A stretch of DNA of 64,000 bases from Pristiophorus japonicus (Eukaryota), in NCBI RefSeq assembly GCF_044704955.1, contig NC_091980.1:150970001-151034000 (forward strand), in the 5' to 3' direction. Below the pieces are notes generated by a model. It was given only the letters and a program-made list of their open reading frames with translations, did no database searches and was not told where the DNA came from. The position numbers and the translations under genes are program-made. Positions 50,471-64,000 of the stretch are shown here, one piece after another. Positions within the stretch are counted from its first letter, which is position 1. Each line of letters opens with the position of its first letter.

Positions 50471-50584
50471 TGATACAATGGACATTACAGCTGTAATTAG
50501 ACTAAAATTAGGGAATTTGGGACATGGGAATATGGGATTTGGGAATATAGGAACATGGGGATCTGGGAATATGGCAATAAGGGA

Positions 50585-50765
50585 AAATGGGAACAGAAGT
50601 CGACCATTCAGCCCCTCGAGCCTGTTCCACCATTCGATTATATCACGGCTGATCTGTATCTTAACTCCATCTACCCTCCTTGCTTACATATCCTTTAATA
50701 CTCTGGCCTAACAGCAGTCTATCAAAATCAACTTTTACATTTTCAACTGATCCCCAGCTACAACA
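50585..50765 (-). mobile_element. Older CR1 3' tail
   Basis: CCATTCAGCCCCTCGAGCCTGTTCCACCATTC..GGCTGATC. Confidence 0.75.
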
Positions 50766-50809
50766 GCATGATGCACTGCATTGTTGCAATGATGGGTTTA
50801 GTACCTGAG

Positions 50810-51396
50810 TCCGGATCAGTGCCTAGGGCCGGGATCAGTGTCTGAACCCGGATCAGTGTCTGGGCCCCAGATCAGTGTCTGGGACCGGGATCAGTGTCTG
50901 GGCCCAGATCAGTGTCTGGGCCGGGATCAGTGTCTGGGACGAGGATCAGTGTCTGGGGCCGGGATCAGTATCTGGGACCGGGATCAGTGTCTGGGCCGGG
51001 ATCAGTATCTGGGACCGGGATCAGTGTCTGGGCCCAGATCAGGGCCTGGCCTGGATCAGTGTCAGGGGCCCGGATCAGTTTCTGGGGCTGGGATCAGTGT
51101 CTGGGGCCAGGATCATTGTCTGGGGCCAGATCAGTAGCTGGGACGGATCAGAGCCTCGGGTCAGGATCAGTGTCTGCGGCCTGGATCAGTGTCTGCGGCC
51201 TGGATCAGTGTCTGGGGCCGGGTTCAGTGTCTGGTGCCTGGATCAGTAGCTGGGCCCGGATCAGGGTCTGGGGCCAGGATCAGGGTCTGGGGCCCGGATC
51301 AGTAGGTGCCCGATCAGGACCTGGGGCCAGGATCATGATCTGGGGCTGGATCCGTGAATGGACCGAGATCAGTGTCTGGGGCCCGGATCAGTGTCT
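50810..51396. repeat. ~19-20-bp minisatellite
   Basis: Unit GGATCAGTGTCTGGGGCC(G/C). Confidence 0.93.
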
Positions 51397-54300
51397 GCGT
51401 AGAGTGTGTGATAGGGTAGAGTGCGTATGGGGGGATAGAGTGTGTGTGGGGGTGGAGAGTGCCTGGGGGGATAGAGTGTGTGTGGGGAGAGTGTGTGGGG
51501 GGGGGGGGGTAGAGTGTGTGGGGGGTAAAATGTGTGGAGGGAGAGTGTGTGGGGGGTAGAGTGTGTGTGGGGAGAGTGTGTGGGGGGGGGGTAGAGTGTG
51601 TGGGGGGTACAATGTGTGGAGGGAGAGTGTGTGGGGGGTAGAGTGTGTGGGGGGCGTTGAGTGTGTGGGGGGGTAGAGTGTGTGTGTGGGTGGTGAGTGC
51701 CTGGGGGGGTAGAGTGTGTGTGGGGGGATAGAGTGCGTGTGGGGGTGTAGAGTGCCTGGAGGGTAGAGTGTGTGGGGGGCAGAGTGTGTGGGGGGTGGAG
51801 AGTGTGTGGGGGGGAGAGTGTGTGGGGTAGAGCGTGGGGGGTAGAGTGTTTGGGGTAGAAAGTGTCGGTTGGAGTGTGGGGGGTAGAGTGTGTGGGGTAG
51901 AGTGTGTGCGGTAGAGTGTGTGTGAGGTAGAGTGTGTGTGGGGTAGAGTGTGGGGGGTAGAGTGTTTGGGGTAGAGAGTGTCGGGTAGAGTGTGGGGGGT
52001 AGAATGTGTGGGGTAGAGTGTGTGGGGTAGAGTGTGTGTGGGGTAGAGAGTGTGTGGGGTAGAGAGTGTGTGGGGAAGTGTGTGTGGAGTAGAGTGTATG
52101 TGGGGAGGTAGAGTCTGTGGGGGTAAAGTATGTGGGGGTTAGAGTGTGTGGGGGGGTAGAGTGTGTGTGGGGGTAGAGTGTGTGTGGGGGTGGTGAGAGC
52201 CTGGTGGGGTAGAGTGTGTGTGGGGGGATAGAGTGCGTGTGGGGGTGTAGAGTGCCTGGAGGGTAGATTGTGTGGGGGGCAGAGTGTGTGGGGGGTGGAG
52301 AGTGTTTGGGGGGGAGAGTGTGTGGGGTAGAGTGTGGGGGGGGTAGAGTGTGGGGGGTAGAGTTTGTGGGGTAGAGTGTGTGTGGGGTAGAGAGTGTGTG
52401 GGGTACAGAGTGTGTGGGGAAGAGTGTGTGGAGTAGAGTGTGTGGGGGGAGGTATAGTCTGTGGGGGTAGAGTGTGTGGGGGTAGAGTGTGTGGGGGTAG
52501 AATGTGTGTGGGGTAGAGAGTGTGTGGGGTAGAGAGTGTGAGGGGTAGATAGTGTGGGGGGTAGAGTGTGTGGGGGAGTGTAGAGTGTGTGGAGGGTAGA
52601 GTGTGTGGGGGTAGAGTGTATGGGGGTAGAATGTGTCAGGGGTAGTGTGTGTGTGGGGTAGAGAATGTGGGCGGTAGAGTGTGTGGGGGAGGGTAGAGTG
52701 TGTGGGGGTAGAGTGTGTGTGGGGTAGAGAGTGTGTGGGGTAGAGTCTGTGGGGTAGATTGTTTGGGATAGAGTGTGTGTGGGGTAGAGTGTGTGGGGAG
52801 GTAGAGCGTATGGGGTAGAGTGTGGGGGAAGGTAGTGTGTGTTGGGGTAGAGTGTGTGGGGGGAGATTGTGTGGGGGTGGTAGTGTATTTGGATTAGAGT
52901 GTGTGTGGGGTAAATTGTTGCGGGTAGAGAGTGGGGGGTAGAGTGTGTGGGGTAGAGTGTTTGTGGGGAGGTAGTGTGTGTGGGGTAGAGTGTGTGGGGG
53001 GAGAGTGTGTGGGGGTAGAGTGTGTGGGGGGTAGAGTGTGGGCGGCTGGAGTTTGTGGGGGTTAGAGTGTGGGGGGTAATGTGTGGGGGTGTGGGTAGAG
53101 TGTGTGGGGGGTAGAGTTTGTGGGGGAGAATGTGTGGGGTAGAGTGTGTGGGGGAGAGTGGGTGGGGAGGTAGTGTGTGTGGTGTAGAGTGTATCAGGGG
53201 GAGAGTGTGTGTGGGGTAGAGAGTGTATGGGGTAGAGTGTGGGAGGGTAGAGTGTGTGGGGTAGAGAGCGTGTGGGGTAGAGTGTGTGGGGAGTTAGAGA
53301 GTGTGGAGTAGAGTGTGTGAGGTAGAGTGTGTGTGGGGTAGAGTGTGTGGGGGGTAGAGTGTGTGGGGGGTAGAGTGTGTGGGGGGGTAGAGTGTGCGCG
53401 GGGGTCGAGTGTGTGGGTGGTAGAGAGTGTGTGGGGTAGAGTGTGTGGGGGAGAGTGGGTGGGGAGGTAGTGTGTGTGGTGTAGAGTGTATCAGGGGGAG
53501 AGTGTGTGTTTGGGTAGAGAGTGTGTGGGGTAGAGTGTGGGAGGGTAGAGTGTGTCAGGGGTAGAGTGTATAGGGTAGAGAGTGTGTGGGGTAGAATGTG
53601 TGGGGTAGAGAGTGTATGGGGTACAGTGTGTGGTGGATAAAATGTGTGGGGGGGTAGAGTGTGTGTGGGGTAGATTGTGTCAGGGGTAGAGTGTATGGGG
53701 TAGAGAGTGTTGTGGGGTAGAGTGTGTGGGGGGTAGAGTGTGTGGGGTAGAGTGTGCGGGGTAGAGAGTGTGTCGGGAAAAGTGCGGGCGGTAGAGTGCG
53801 TGAGGTAGAATGTATGGGGAGGTCGAGTGTTTGGGGTAGAATGTGGGGTGTAGAGTGTGTGGGGGGTAGAGTGTGTGAGGTAGACTGTGAGAGAGATATA
53901 ATGTGTGTGGGAAGGTAGAGTGTGTGGGGTAGAGTGTGGGGGCTAGAGTTTGTGTGGTAGAGAGTGTGTGGGGGTAGAGTTTGTGGGGGTAGAGTGTGTG
54001 GGGTGTAGAATGTGTGGGGGGTAGAGTGTGTGAAGTAGACTGTGAGAGAGATAGAATGTGTGTGGGAAGGTAGAGTGTGTGGGGTAGAGTGTGGGGGCTA
54101 GAGTTTGTGTGGTGTAGAGTGTGTGGGGGGTAGAGTGTTTGTGGGGTAGAGTGTAGTGGGCAGAGTGTGTGTGGGGAGGTAGTGTATGTGGGGTAGACTG
54201 TGTGGGGGGTAGAGTGTGGGGGGCTGGAGTTTGTGGGGTAGAGTGTGTGGGGGGTAGAGTGTGTGGGGGAGAGTGTGTGGGGTAAAGTGTATGTGGGGTA

Positions 54301-57300
54301 GAGTGTGTGTGGGGTAGAGTGTGTGTGCGGTAGAGTGTGTGGGGGTAGAGTGTGTGGGGTAGAGTGTGGGGGCTAGAGTTTGTGTGGGGTACAGTGTGTG
54401 GGATAGAGCGTGTGTGGGGTAGAGTGTAGTGGGCAGAGTGTGTGTGGGGAGGTAGTGTATGTGGGGTAGACTGTGTGGGGGGTAGAGTGTGGGGGGCTGG
54501 AGTTTGTGGGGTAGAGTGTGTGGGGGGTAGAGTGTGTGGGGGAGAGTGTGTGGGGTAAAGTGTATGTGGGGTAGAGTGTGTGTGGGGTAGAGTGTGTGTG
54601 CGGTAGAGTGTGTGGGGGTAGAGTGTTTGGGATAGAGTGTGTGGGGTAGAGTGTTGGGGATAGAGTGTGTGGGGTAGAGTGTGTGGGGTAGAGAGTGTGT
54701 GGACTAGAGTGTGTTTGGAGTAGAGTGTTTGGGGTAGAGTGTGTGGGGGTAGTGTGTGTGGGGGGAGGTTGTGTGGGGGGTAGAGTGTGTGGGGGAGAGT
54801 GTGTGAGGTAAAGTGTGTGTGGGGTAGAGTGTGTGGGGTAGAGTGTTGGGGATAGAGTGTGTGGGGTAGAGAGTGTGTGGGCTAGAGAGTGTGTGGGGTA
54901 GAGTGTGTGGGCTAGAGTATGTGGGGGTAGAGTGTGTGGGGTAGAGTGTGTGTGGTGTAGAGTGTGTGGGGGTAGAGTGTTTGGGGTAGAGTGTGTGGAG
55001 TAGAGCGTGGGGGTTAGAGTTGGTGAGGGTAGAGTGTGTGGGGGTAGAGTGTGTGGGTTAGAGTGTTGGGGGTGGAGTGCTGGGGGTAGAGTTTGTGGGG
55101 TAGAGTGTGTGGGGTAGAGTGTGTGTGGGGTAGAGTGTGGGGGGTAGAGTTTGTGGGGTCGAGTGTGAGGTGTAGAGTGTGTGTGGGGTAGAGTGTGTGG
55201 GGTGGAGTGTGTGGGGTAGAGTGTGTGGGGGTAGTGTGTGGGGGGATATTGTGTGGGGGGTAGAGTGTGTGGGGGAGAGTGTGTGGGGTAAAGTGTGTGT
55301 GGGGTAGAGTGTGTGTGGGGTAGAGTGTGTGGGGGGTAGAGTGTGGGGGGCTGGAGTTTGTGGGGTAGAGTGTGTGGGGGGTAGAGTGTGTGGGGGAGAG
55401 TGTGTGGGGTAAAGTGTATGTGGGGTAGAGTGTGTGTGCGGTAGAGTGTGTGGGGGTAGAGTGTTTGGGATAGAGTGTGTGGGGTAGAGTGTTGGGGATA
55501 GAGTGTGTGGGGTAGAGTGTGTGGGGTAGAGTGTGTGTGGGGAGATTGTGTGGGGGGTAGAACTGTGTGGGGGAGAGTGTGTGGGGTAAAGTGTGTGTGG
55601 GGTAGAGTGTGTGTGGGGTAGAGTGTGTGGGGGTAGAGTGTGTGGGGGTAGAGTGTGTAGGGGTAGAGTGTGTGGGGTAGAGAGTGTGTGGGCTAGAGAG
55701 TGTGTGGGCTAGAGCGTGTGTGGGGTAGAGTGTGTGGGCTAGAGTATGTGGGGGTAGAGTGTGTGGGGTAGAATGTGTGTGGTGTAGAGTGTGTGGGGGG
55801 TAGAGTGTTTGGGGTAGAGTGTGTGGAGTAGAGTGTGGGGGGTAGAGTTTGTAAGGGTAGAGTGTGTGGGGATAGAGTGTGTGGGTTAGAGTGTGGGGTG
55901 TAGAGGGTTGGGGGTAGAGTTTGTGGGGTAGAGTGTGTGGGGTAGAGTGTTTGTGGGGTAGAGTGTGGGGGGTAGAGTTTGTGGGGTAGAGTGTGGGGGG
56001 TAGAGTGTGTGGGGTAGAGAGTGTGTGGGGTAGAGTGTGTGGGGGTAGAATGTGTTGGGTGTAGAATGTGTGGGGGGTAGAGTGTGTGGATGGCAGAGTA
56101 TGTGGGGGGGGGGGGTAGAGAGTGTGTGAGGTAGACTGTGAGAGAGATAGAATGTGTGTGGGAAGGTAGAGTGTGTGGGGTAGTGTGTGGGGGGCAGTGA
56201 GTGTGTGTGGGGAGCTAGAGTGTGTGGGGTAGAGAGTTTGTGGGGTAGCGTGTGTGGGGTAGAGTGTGGGGGCTAGAGTTTGTGTGGTGTAGAGTGTGTG
56301 GGAGAGAGTGTTTGTGGGGTAGAGTGTGTGGGGAGGTAGAGCGTGTGGGGGAGAGAGTGCGTAAGCTAGAGTTTTTGGGGTAGAGAGTGTGTGGGGTAGA
56401 GTGTGGAGGCTAGAGTTTGTGTGGGGTACAGTGTGTGGGATAGAGCATGTGTGGGGTAGAGTGTGTGGGGTAGAGTGTGTGGGCTAGAGTTTTTGGGGTA
56501 GAGAGTGTGTGGGGTAGAGTGTGGAGGCTAGAGTTTGTGTGGGGTACAGTGTGTGGGATAGAGCATGTGTGGGGTAGAGTGTGTGGGGTCGAGTGTGTGG
56601 GCTAGAGTTTTTGGGGTAGAGAGTGTGTGGGGTAGAGTGTGTGGGGTAGAGAGTGTGTGGGGTAGAGTGTGCGGGGTAGAGTGTTTGGGGTAGAGTGTGT
56701 GGGGTAGAGTGTAGTGGGCAGAGTGTGTGTGGGGAGGTAGTGTATGTGGGGTAGAGTGTGTGTGGGGTAGAGTGTGTGGGGAGGTAGAGAATGTGGAGTA
56801 GTGTGTGGGGGGGGAGAGTGTGTGGGGGTAGATTGTGTGTGTGGGGGGATTAGAGTTCTGGGGGGGAAATGTGTGAGGGGGTGGGTAGAGTGTGTGGGGG
56901 TAGAGTTTGTGGAGGAGAGTGTATGGGGGGTAGAGTGTGTGGGGGAGTGTGTGTTGGGTAAAGTGTGTGTGGAGTAGAGTGTTTGTGGGGTAGAGTGTGT
57001 GGGGGTTGTGTGTTTGGGGTAGAGTGTGTGGGGTAGAGTGTTGTGTAGAGTGTGTGGGGTAGAGAGTGTATGGGCTAGTGTGTGTGTCCGGTAGAGTGTG
57101 TGGGGTAGAGTGTGTATGGTGTAGAGTGCGTGGGGGGTAGAGTGTTTGGGGTAGAGTGTGTGGGGTAGAGTGTGGTGGGTAGAGTTTGTGGGGGTAGAGT
57201 GTGTGGGGGTAGAGTGTGGGGGTTAGAGTTTGTGGGGAAGAGTGTGGGGTGTAGAGTGTGTGTGTGGTAGAGTGTGTGGGGTGGAGTGTGTGTGCTAGAG

Positions 57301-60300
57301 TGTGGGGGGTAGAGTTTGTGGGGTAGAGTGTGTGGGAAAGAGAATGTGTAGGGTAGTGTGTGGGGGGGTAGAGAGTGTGTGGAGTAGAGTTTGTGTGGGG
57401 TAGAGGGTAGAGTGTGTATGGGGAGATTGAGTGTGTGGGGTAGAGTGTGTGTGGGGTAGAGTGTGTGGGGTAGAGTGTGTGGGGTAGAGAGTGTGTGGGG
57501 TAGAGTGTGCGGGGTAGAGTGTGTGGGATAGAGCGTGTGTGGGGTAGAGTGTAGTGGGCAGAGTGTGTGTGGGGAGGTAGTGTATGTGGGGTAGTGTGTG
57601 GGGGTTAGAATGTGTGGGGGAGAGTGTGTGGGGGAGAGTGTGTGGGGTAAAGTGTGTGTGGGGTAGAGTGTGTGTGGGGTAGAGTGTGTGGGGGTAGAGT
57701 GTGTGGGGTAGAGTGTAGTGGGCAGAGTGTGTGTGGGGAGGTAGTGTATGTGGGGTCGAGTGTGTGTGGGGAGGTAGTGTATGTGGGGTAGAGTGTGTGG
57801 GGGTTAGAGTGTGTGGGGGAGAGTGTGTGGTGGTAGTGTGTGTGGGGGGAGATTGTGTGTGGTGTAGAGTGTGTGTGGTGTAGAGTGTGTGGGGGTAGAG
57901 TGTTTGGGGTAGAGTGTGTGGGGTAGAGTGTGGGCGGTAGAGTTTGTGAGGGTAGAGTGTGTGGGGGTAGAGTGTGTGGGGTAGAGTGTGGAGGGTAGAG
58001 TGTTGGGGGTAGAGTTTGTGGGGTAGAATGTGGGGGTAGTGTGTGTGTGGGGTAGAGTGTGTGGGGAAGAGAGTGTGTGGGGTAGTGTATGGGGAGTAGA
58101 GTGTGTGTGGGGCAGACTGTTTGGGGGAGAGTGTGTGTGGGGTGGAGTGTGTGTGCTAGAGTGTGGGGGGTAGAGAGTGTGGGGTAGAGTGTGTGGGAAT
58201 AGAGAGTGTGTGGGGTAGTGTGTGTGGGGTAGTGTGTGGGGGGTAGAGTGTGTGGAGTAGAGTTTGTGTGGGGTAGAGTTTGTGGGGTAGAGTGTGTGTG
58301 GGGTAGAGTATGCGTGGGGTAGAGTTTGTGGGGAGGTAGAGTGTGTAGGGTAAAGAGTGTGTGGGATAGAGTTTGTGTGGGGTAGAGGGGAGAGTGTGTG
58401 TGGGGAGATTGAGTGTGTGTGGTAGAGTGTGTGTGGGGTAGAGTGTGTGGGGTAGAGTGTTGGGGATAGAGTGTGTGGGGTAGAGAGTCTGTGGGGTAGA
58501 GTGTGTGTGGGGTAGAGTGTGTGGGGGTAGAGTATTTGGGTTAGAGTGTGTGGGGTAGAGTGTGGGGGGTAGAGTGTGGGGGGTTGAGTGTGGGGGGTGT
58601 AGTTTGTGGGGGGTGTAGTTTGTGAGGGTAGAGTGTGTGTGGGCTAGAATGTGTGGGGTAGAGTGTGTGTGATGTAGAGTGTGTGGGGGGTAGAGTGTTT
58701 GGCGTAGAGTGTGTGGGGTAGAGCGTGGGGGGGTAAAGTGTGTGGGGTAGAGTGTTGGGGGTAGAGAGTAGAGGGTAGAGTGTAGGGGGTAGAGTTTGTG
58801 GGGGTAGAGTGTGTGGGGTAGAGTGTGTGGGGTTGAGTGTGTGGGGTAGAGTGTGGGGTGTATAGTGTGGGGGGTAGAGTGTTGGGGGTCGATGGTGTGT
58901 GGGGCAGAGTGTTTGGGGGAGAGCATGTGGAGTAGACTGTGCGTGGGGTAGAGTGCGTGAAGAGGTAGAGTATGTGGGATAGAGTGTGGGGGAAGGTAGT
59001 GTGTGTGGGGGTAGTGTGTGTGGGGTAGAGTGTGTGTGGGGTAGAGTGTGTGTGATAGGGTGTGGGGGGTAGAGTGTGTGGAGTAGAGTGTGTGTGATAG
59101 GGTGTGGGGGGTAGAGTGTGTGGAGTAGAGTGTGTGGGGAAGAGAGTGTGTGGAGTAGAGTGTGTGGGGAAGAGAGTGTGTGGGGTAGTGTGTTTGGGGT
59201 CGAGAGTATGTGGAGTAGAGTGTGTGGGGTAGAGTGTGGGGGCTAGAGTTTGTGTGGGGTACAGTGTGTGGGATAGAGAGTGTGGGGTAGAGTGTGTGGG
59301 CTAGAGTTTTTGGGGTAGAGGGTGTGTGGGGTAGAGTGTGTGGGGTAGAGAGTGTGTGGGTTAGAGTGTGCGGGGTAGAGTGTGCGGGGTAGAGTGTGTG
59401 GGGTAGAGTGTGGGGGCTGGAGTTTGTGTGGGGTTGAGTGTGTGGGATAGAGCGTGTGTGGGGTAGAGTGTAGTGGGGAGGTAGTGTATGTGGGGATGAG
59501 TGTGTGGGGAGGTAGAGAATGTGGAGTTGTGGGGGGGGGGAGAGTGTGTGGGGGTAGATTGTGTGTGTGGGGGGTTAGAGTTCTGGGGGGGAAATGTGTG
59601 AGGGGGTGGGTAGAGTGTGTGGGGGTAGAGTTTGTGGGGGAGAGTGTGTGGGGGGATAGAGTGTGTGGGCGAGAGTGTGTTGGGTAAAGTGTGTGTGGGG
59701 TAGAGTGTTTGTGGGGTAGAGTGTGTGGGGGTTGTGTGTTTGGGGTAGAGTGTGTGGGGTGTAGAGTGTGTGTGGGGTAGAGAGTGTGTGGGGTAGAGTG
59801 TATGGGGTAGAGTGTGTGGGGTAGTGAATGTGGGGTAGAGAGTGTGTGGGGTAAAGTGTGTGAGGGGTGGAGTGTGTGGGGGTTAGAGAGTGTGTGGGGG
59901 TAGAGTTTGGGGTGTAGAGTTTGTAGGACAGTAGAGTGTGTGGGGGATAGAGTGTGTGTGGGGTAGAATGTAGGGGTAGAATGTGTGGGGTAAAGTGTGT
60001 GGGGTAGAGTGTGTGTGGGGTAGAGTGTGTGGAGGTGGAGTGTGTGGGGTAGAGTGTGGCGGATAGATTGTGTGTGGGGAGGCAGAGTGTGTGGGGTAGA
60101 GTTGAGGGGAGAGAGTGTGTCTGGGCTAGAGTTTGTGGGGAGAGTATGTGAGGGGTAGAGTGTGTCGGGGGTAGAGTATGTGTGGGGTAGCGTGTGTGGG
60201 GGGTAGAATATCGGGGGTAGGGTGTGTGTTTGGTAGAGAGTGTGGGGGGTAGAGTGTGTGGGGTAGAGTGTGTGTGGGGTGGAGAGTGTGTGGGGTAGAG

Positions 60301-63300
60301 TGTGTTGGGGTAGAGTGTGTGTGGGGTGGAGAGTGTGTGGGGTAGAGTGTGTCAGGGGTAGAGTGTGTGGGGTAGAGTGTGTGGGGGGGGTAGAGTGTGT
60401 CAGGGGGAGAGTGTGTGTGGGGTAGATAGTGTGTGCGGTAGAGTGTGGGGGGGTAGAGTGTGTGGGGGGTAGCGAGTGTGTGGGGTAGAGTGTGCTTGGG
60501 GTAGAGTGTGTGGGGTAGAGTGTGTGTGGGGTAGAGTATGTGGGGAGGTAGAGTGTGTCGGGGGTAGAGTATGTTGTGTAGAGAGTGTGTGGTGTAGAGT
60601 GTGTGGGGTAGAGTGTGGGGGCTAGAGTTTGTGTGGGGTAGACTGTGTGGGATAGAGTGTGTGTGAAATAGAATGTGTGTGGGAAGGTAGAGTGTGTGGG
60701 GTAGTGTGTGGGGGGTAGAGAGTGTGTTGGGTAGAGTGTGTGGGGTAGAGTGTGGGGGCTAGAGTTTGTGTGGCGTAGAGTGTTTGTGGGGTAGAGTGTG
60801 TGGGGAGGTAGAGCGTGTGGGGTAGAGTGTGTGGGGCAGTGTGTGTGGGGTAGAGAGTGTGTGGGGTCGAGTGTGTGGGGTAGAGTTTGTTTGGGGTAGG
60901 GTGTGTGGGATAGAACGTGTGTGAGGTAGAGTATGTGTGGAGTAGAGTGTGTGGGGTTAAGTGTGTGGGGGTAGAGTGTGTGGGGGGTAGAGTGTGGGGG
61001 GCTGGAGTTTGTGGGGTATAGTGTGTGAGGGTTAGAGTGTTGTGGGGAAATGTGTGGGGGGTTGGGTAGAGTGTGTGGGGGTAGAGTTTGTGGGGGAGAG
61101 TGTGTGGGGCGTAGAGTGTGTGGGGGTAGCGTATGTGGGGGGGAGATTGTGTGGGGGTAGAGTGTGTGGGGGAGTGTGTGTGTGGGGTAGAGGGTGTGTG
61201 GGGTAGAGAGTGTGTGGGGTAGAGTGTGTGGGGTAGAGTGCGTGGGGTAGAGTGTGTGGGGTAGAGTGTGTGGGGTAGAGTGTGTGTTGGGTAGAGAGTG
61301 TGTGGGGTAGAGAGTATGGAGCAGAGTGTGTGGGTACAGTGTGTGGGGTAGAGTGTTTGGGGTGTAGAGTTTGTGGGGCAGTACAGTGTGTGGGGGATAG
61401 AGTGAGTGTGGGGTAGAATGTGGGGGGAAGAATGTGTGGGGTAAAGTGTGTGGGGCATGTGTGGGGTAGAGTGTGTGGGATAGAGTGTGTGGGGTAGAGT
61501 TGTGGGGGGAGAGTGTGTCTGGGGTAGAGTTTGTGGGGAGAGTATGTGAGGGGTAGAGTGTGTCGGGGTAGAGTGTGTGTGGGGTAGTGTGTGTTAGGGA
61601 TAGATTGTCGGGGGTAGAGTGTGTGGGGGGGTAGAGTGTGTGGGGTAGAGTGTGTCTGGTGTAGAATGTCGGGGGTAGAGTGTGTGGGGTAGAGAGTGTG
61701 GGGGTAGAGTGTGTGGGGGTGGAGTGTGTGGGGTAGAGTGTGGGGGGTAGAGTTTGTGGGGGGTAGAGTGTGTCTGGGGTAGAATGTGGGGGGTAGAGTG
61801 TGTGGGGTAGAGAGTGTGGGGGTAGAGTGTGTGGGGGTGGAGTGTGTGGGTAGAGTGTGGGGGGAGAGTTTGTTGGGTAGAGTGTGGGATGTAGAGTGTG
61901 CGTGGGGTAGAGAGTATGGAGTAGAGTGTGTGGGGTAGAGTGTGTGGGGTAGAGTGTGTGGGTTAGAGTGTGTGGGGAGGTAGTGTGTGTGGGGTAGATT
62001 GTGTCAGAGGGAGAGTGTGTGGGGGGTAGAGAGTGTGTGGGGTAGAGTGTGGGTGGGGGGTAGAGTGTGTGGGGGGTAGAGAGTGTGTGTGGGAGACTGT
62101 GTGGAGGGTAGAGTATGTGCGGGGGTAGAGTGTGTGTGTGGTAGAGTGTGTGGGGTAAAGAGTGTCAGGGGTGACTGTGTGTGGGGTTGAGAGTGGGTGG
62201 CGTAGAGAGTGTATGGGGTAGAGTGTGTGGTGGATAGAGTGTGTGGGGTGTCGAGTGTGTGGGGGGTAGAGTGTGTCGGTGGTGAGTGTGCGTAGGTTAG
62301 AGAGTGTGTGAGGCAGAGTGTGGGGGGTAGAGAGTGTGGGGAGGTAGAGAGTGTGGAGTAGAGTGTGTGGGGTAGAGAGTGTGTGGGGTAGAGAGTGTCA
62401 GGGGTGAGTGTGTGTGGGGTAGAGAGTGGGTGGGGTAGAGAGTGTATGGGGTAGAGTGTGTGGTGGGAGTGTTTGGGGTGTAGAGTTTGTGGAGCAGTAC
62501 AGTGTGTGGGGGATAGATTGTGTGTGGGGTAGAATGTGGGTGGAAGAATGTGTGGGGTAAAGTGTGTGGGGTAGAGTGTGTGTGGGTTAGAGTGTGTGGG
62601 GTAGAGTTGTGGGAGGAGAGTGTGTGGGGTAGAGTGTGTGTGGGGTAGAGTGTGTGGGGTAGAGTGTGTGGGGTAGAGTGTGGCGGATAGAGTGTGTGTG
62701 GGGAGGCAGAGTGTGTGGGGTAGAGTGTGTGTGGGGTAGAGTGTGTGGGGTAGAGTGTGTGGGGTAGAGTGTGGCGGATAGAGTGTGTGTGGGGAGGCAG
62801 AGTGTGTGGGGTAGAGTGTGTGGGGTAGAGTGTGTGGGGTAGAGTGTGGGGGGTAGAGTTTGTGAGGGTAGAGTGTGTGGGGGTAGAGTGTGTGGGGTAG
62901 AGTGTGGAGGGTAGAGTGTTGGGGGTAGAGTTTGTGGGGTAGAGTGTGGGGGTAGTGTGTGTGTGGGGTAGAGTGTGTGGGGAAGAGAGTGTGTGGGGTA
63001 GTGTATGTCTGGGGTAGAATGTGGGGGGTAGAGTGTGTGGGGTAGAGTTTGTGAGGTAGAGTGTGTGTGGGGTAGACTGTGTGGGGGTAGATTGTGTGGG
63101 GGTGGAGTGTGTGGGGGTAGAGTGCGGGGGTAGAGTTTGTGGGGTAGAGTGTGGGATGTAGAGTGTGCGTGGAGTAGAGAGTATGGAGTAGAATGTGTGG
63201 GTACAGTGTGTGGGGTAGTGTGTGTGGGGTAGAGTGTGTGTGGGGTAGAGTGTGTGGTGTAGAGTTGTGGGGGGAGAGTGTGTCTGGGGTAGAGTTTGTG

Positions 63301-64000
63301 GGGAGAGTATGTGAGGGGTAGAGTGTGTCGGGGTAGAGTGTGTGTGTGGGGTAGTGTGTGTTGGGGATATAATGTCGGGGGTAGAGTGTGTGGGGTAGAG
63401 TGTGGCGGATAGAGTATGTGTGGGGAGGCAGAGTGTGTGGGGTAGAGTGTGTGTGGGGTAGAGTGTGTGGGGTAGAGTGTGTGGTGTAGAGTTGTGGGGG
63501 GAGAGTGTGTCTGGGGTAGAGTTTGTGGGGAGAGTATGTGAGGGGTAGAGTGTGTCGGGGTAGAGTGTGTGTGGGATAGTGTGTGTTGGGGATAGAATGT
63601 CTGGGGTAGAGTGTGTGGGGGGGTAGAGTGTGTGGGGTATAGTGTGTCTGGTGTAGAATGTCGGGAGTAGAGTTTGTGGGTTAGATTGTGTGGCGGTGGA
63701 TTGTGTGGGGGTAGAGTGTGGGGGTAGAGTTTGTGGGGTAGAGTGTGGGATGTAGAGTGTGCGTGGGGTAGAGAGTATGGAGTAGAATGTGTGGGTACAG
63801 TGTGTGGGGTAGAGTGTGTGGGGTAGAGTGTGTGGGGGATAGAGTGTATGGGCTAGATTGAGGGGAGTAGAGTATGTGGGGTAGAGAGTGTGTGGGGTAG
63901 AGTGTGTGTGAGGTAGAATGTGTGGGGTAGTGTGTGGGGGGTAGTGAGTGTTTGTGGGGAGGTTGAGTGTGTGGGGTAGATTTTGTGGCTTCGAGAGTGT
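51397..64000. repeat. G-rich ~14-bp satellite (GTGTGTGGGGTAGA)n, >12.6 kb, runs off the window
   Basis: Degenerate GGGGTAGA(GT)n units; almost no C on the plus strand. Confidence 0.98.

Noticed and set aside
51397-64000. Telomeric repeat or His/Pro/Thr-rich protein gene
   Set aside because: No TTAGGG arrays; the ORFs are low-complexity readings of the satellite.

Overview
Eukaryotic, repeat-saturated DNA. The CR1/L2/RTE/DeuSINE content suggests a cartilaginous fish (inference). I find no intact host gene. 1-21 kb is a nest of four Mag-like Ty3/Gypsy LTR elements with a tRNA-Ser(GCU)-type PBS. Two are pol-less gag-protease elements, one of which is young, has a 5-bp TSD and carries a 3-kb 54-bp array. 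The nest also holds a Tc1/pogo-type MITE, a TIAL1 3'-end retrocopy fused to a CR1 tail, and a near full-length CR1 containing an internally inverted LTR element. 21-27 kb is a decayed PIF/Harbinger Myb/SANT gene interrupted by a Tx1/Keno-like element with a U2 snRNA head, an intact ZCCHC3-like ORF1 and no ORF2. The rest is LINE/SINE fragments and large minisatellites: an 8.6-kb 12-bp array containing a 28S rRNA fragment, 41-, 44-, 81- and 20-bp arrays, and a >12.6-kb G-rich array. Nearly all long ORFs in the track are tandem-repeat artefacts. Family assignments come from recognised motifs, not database searches.
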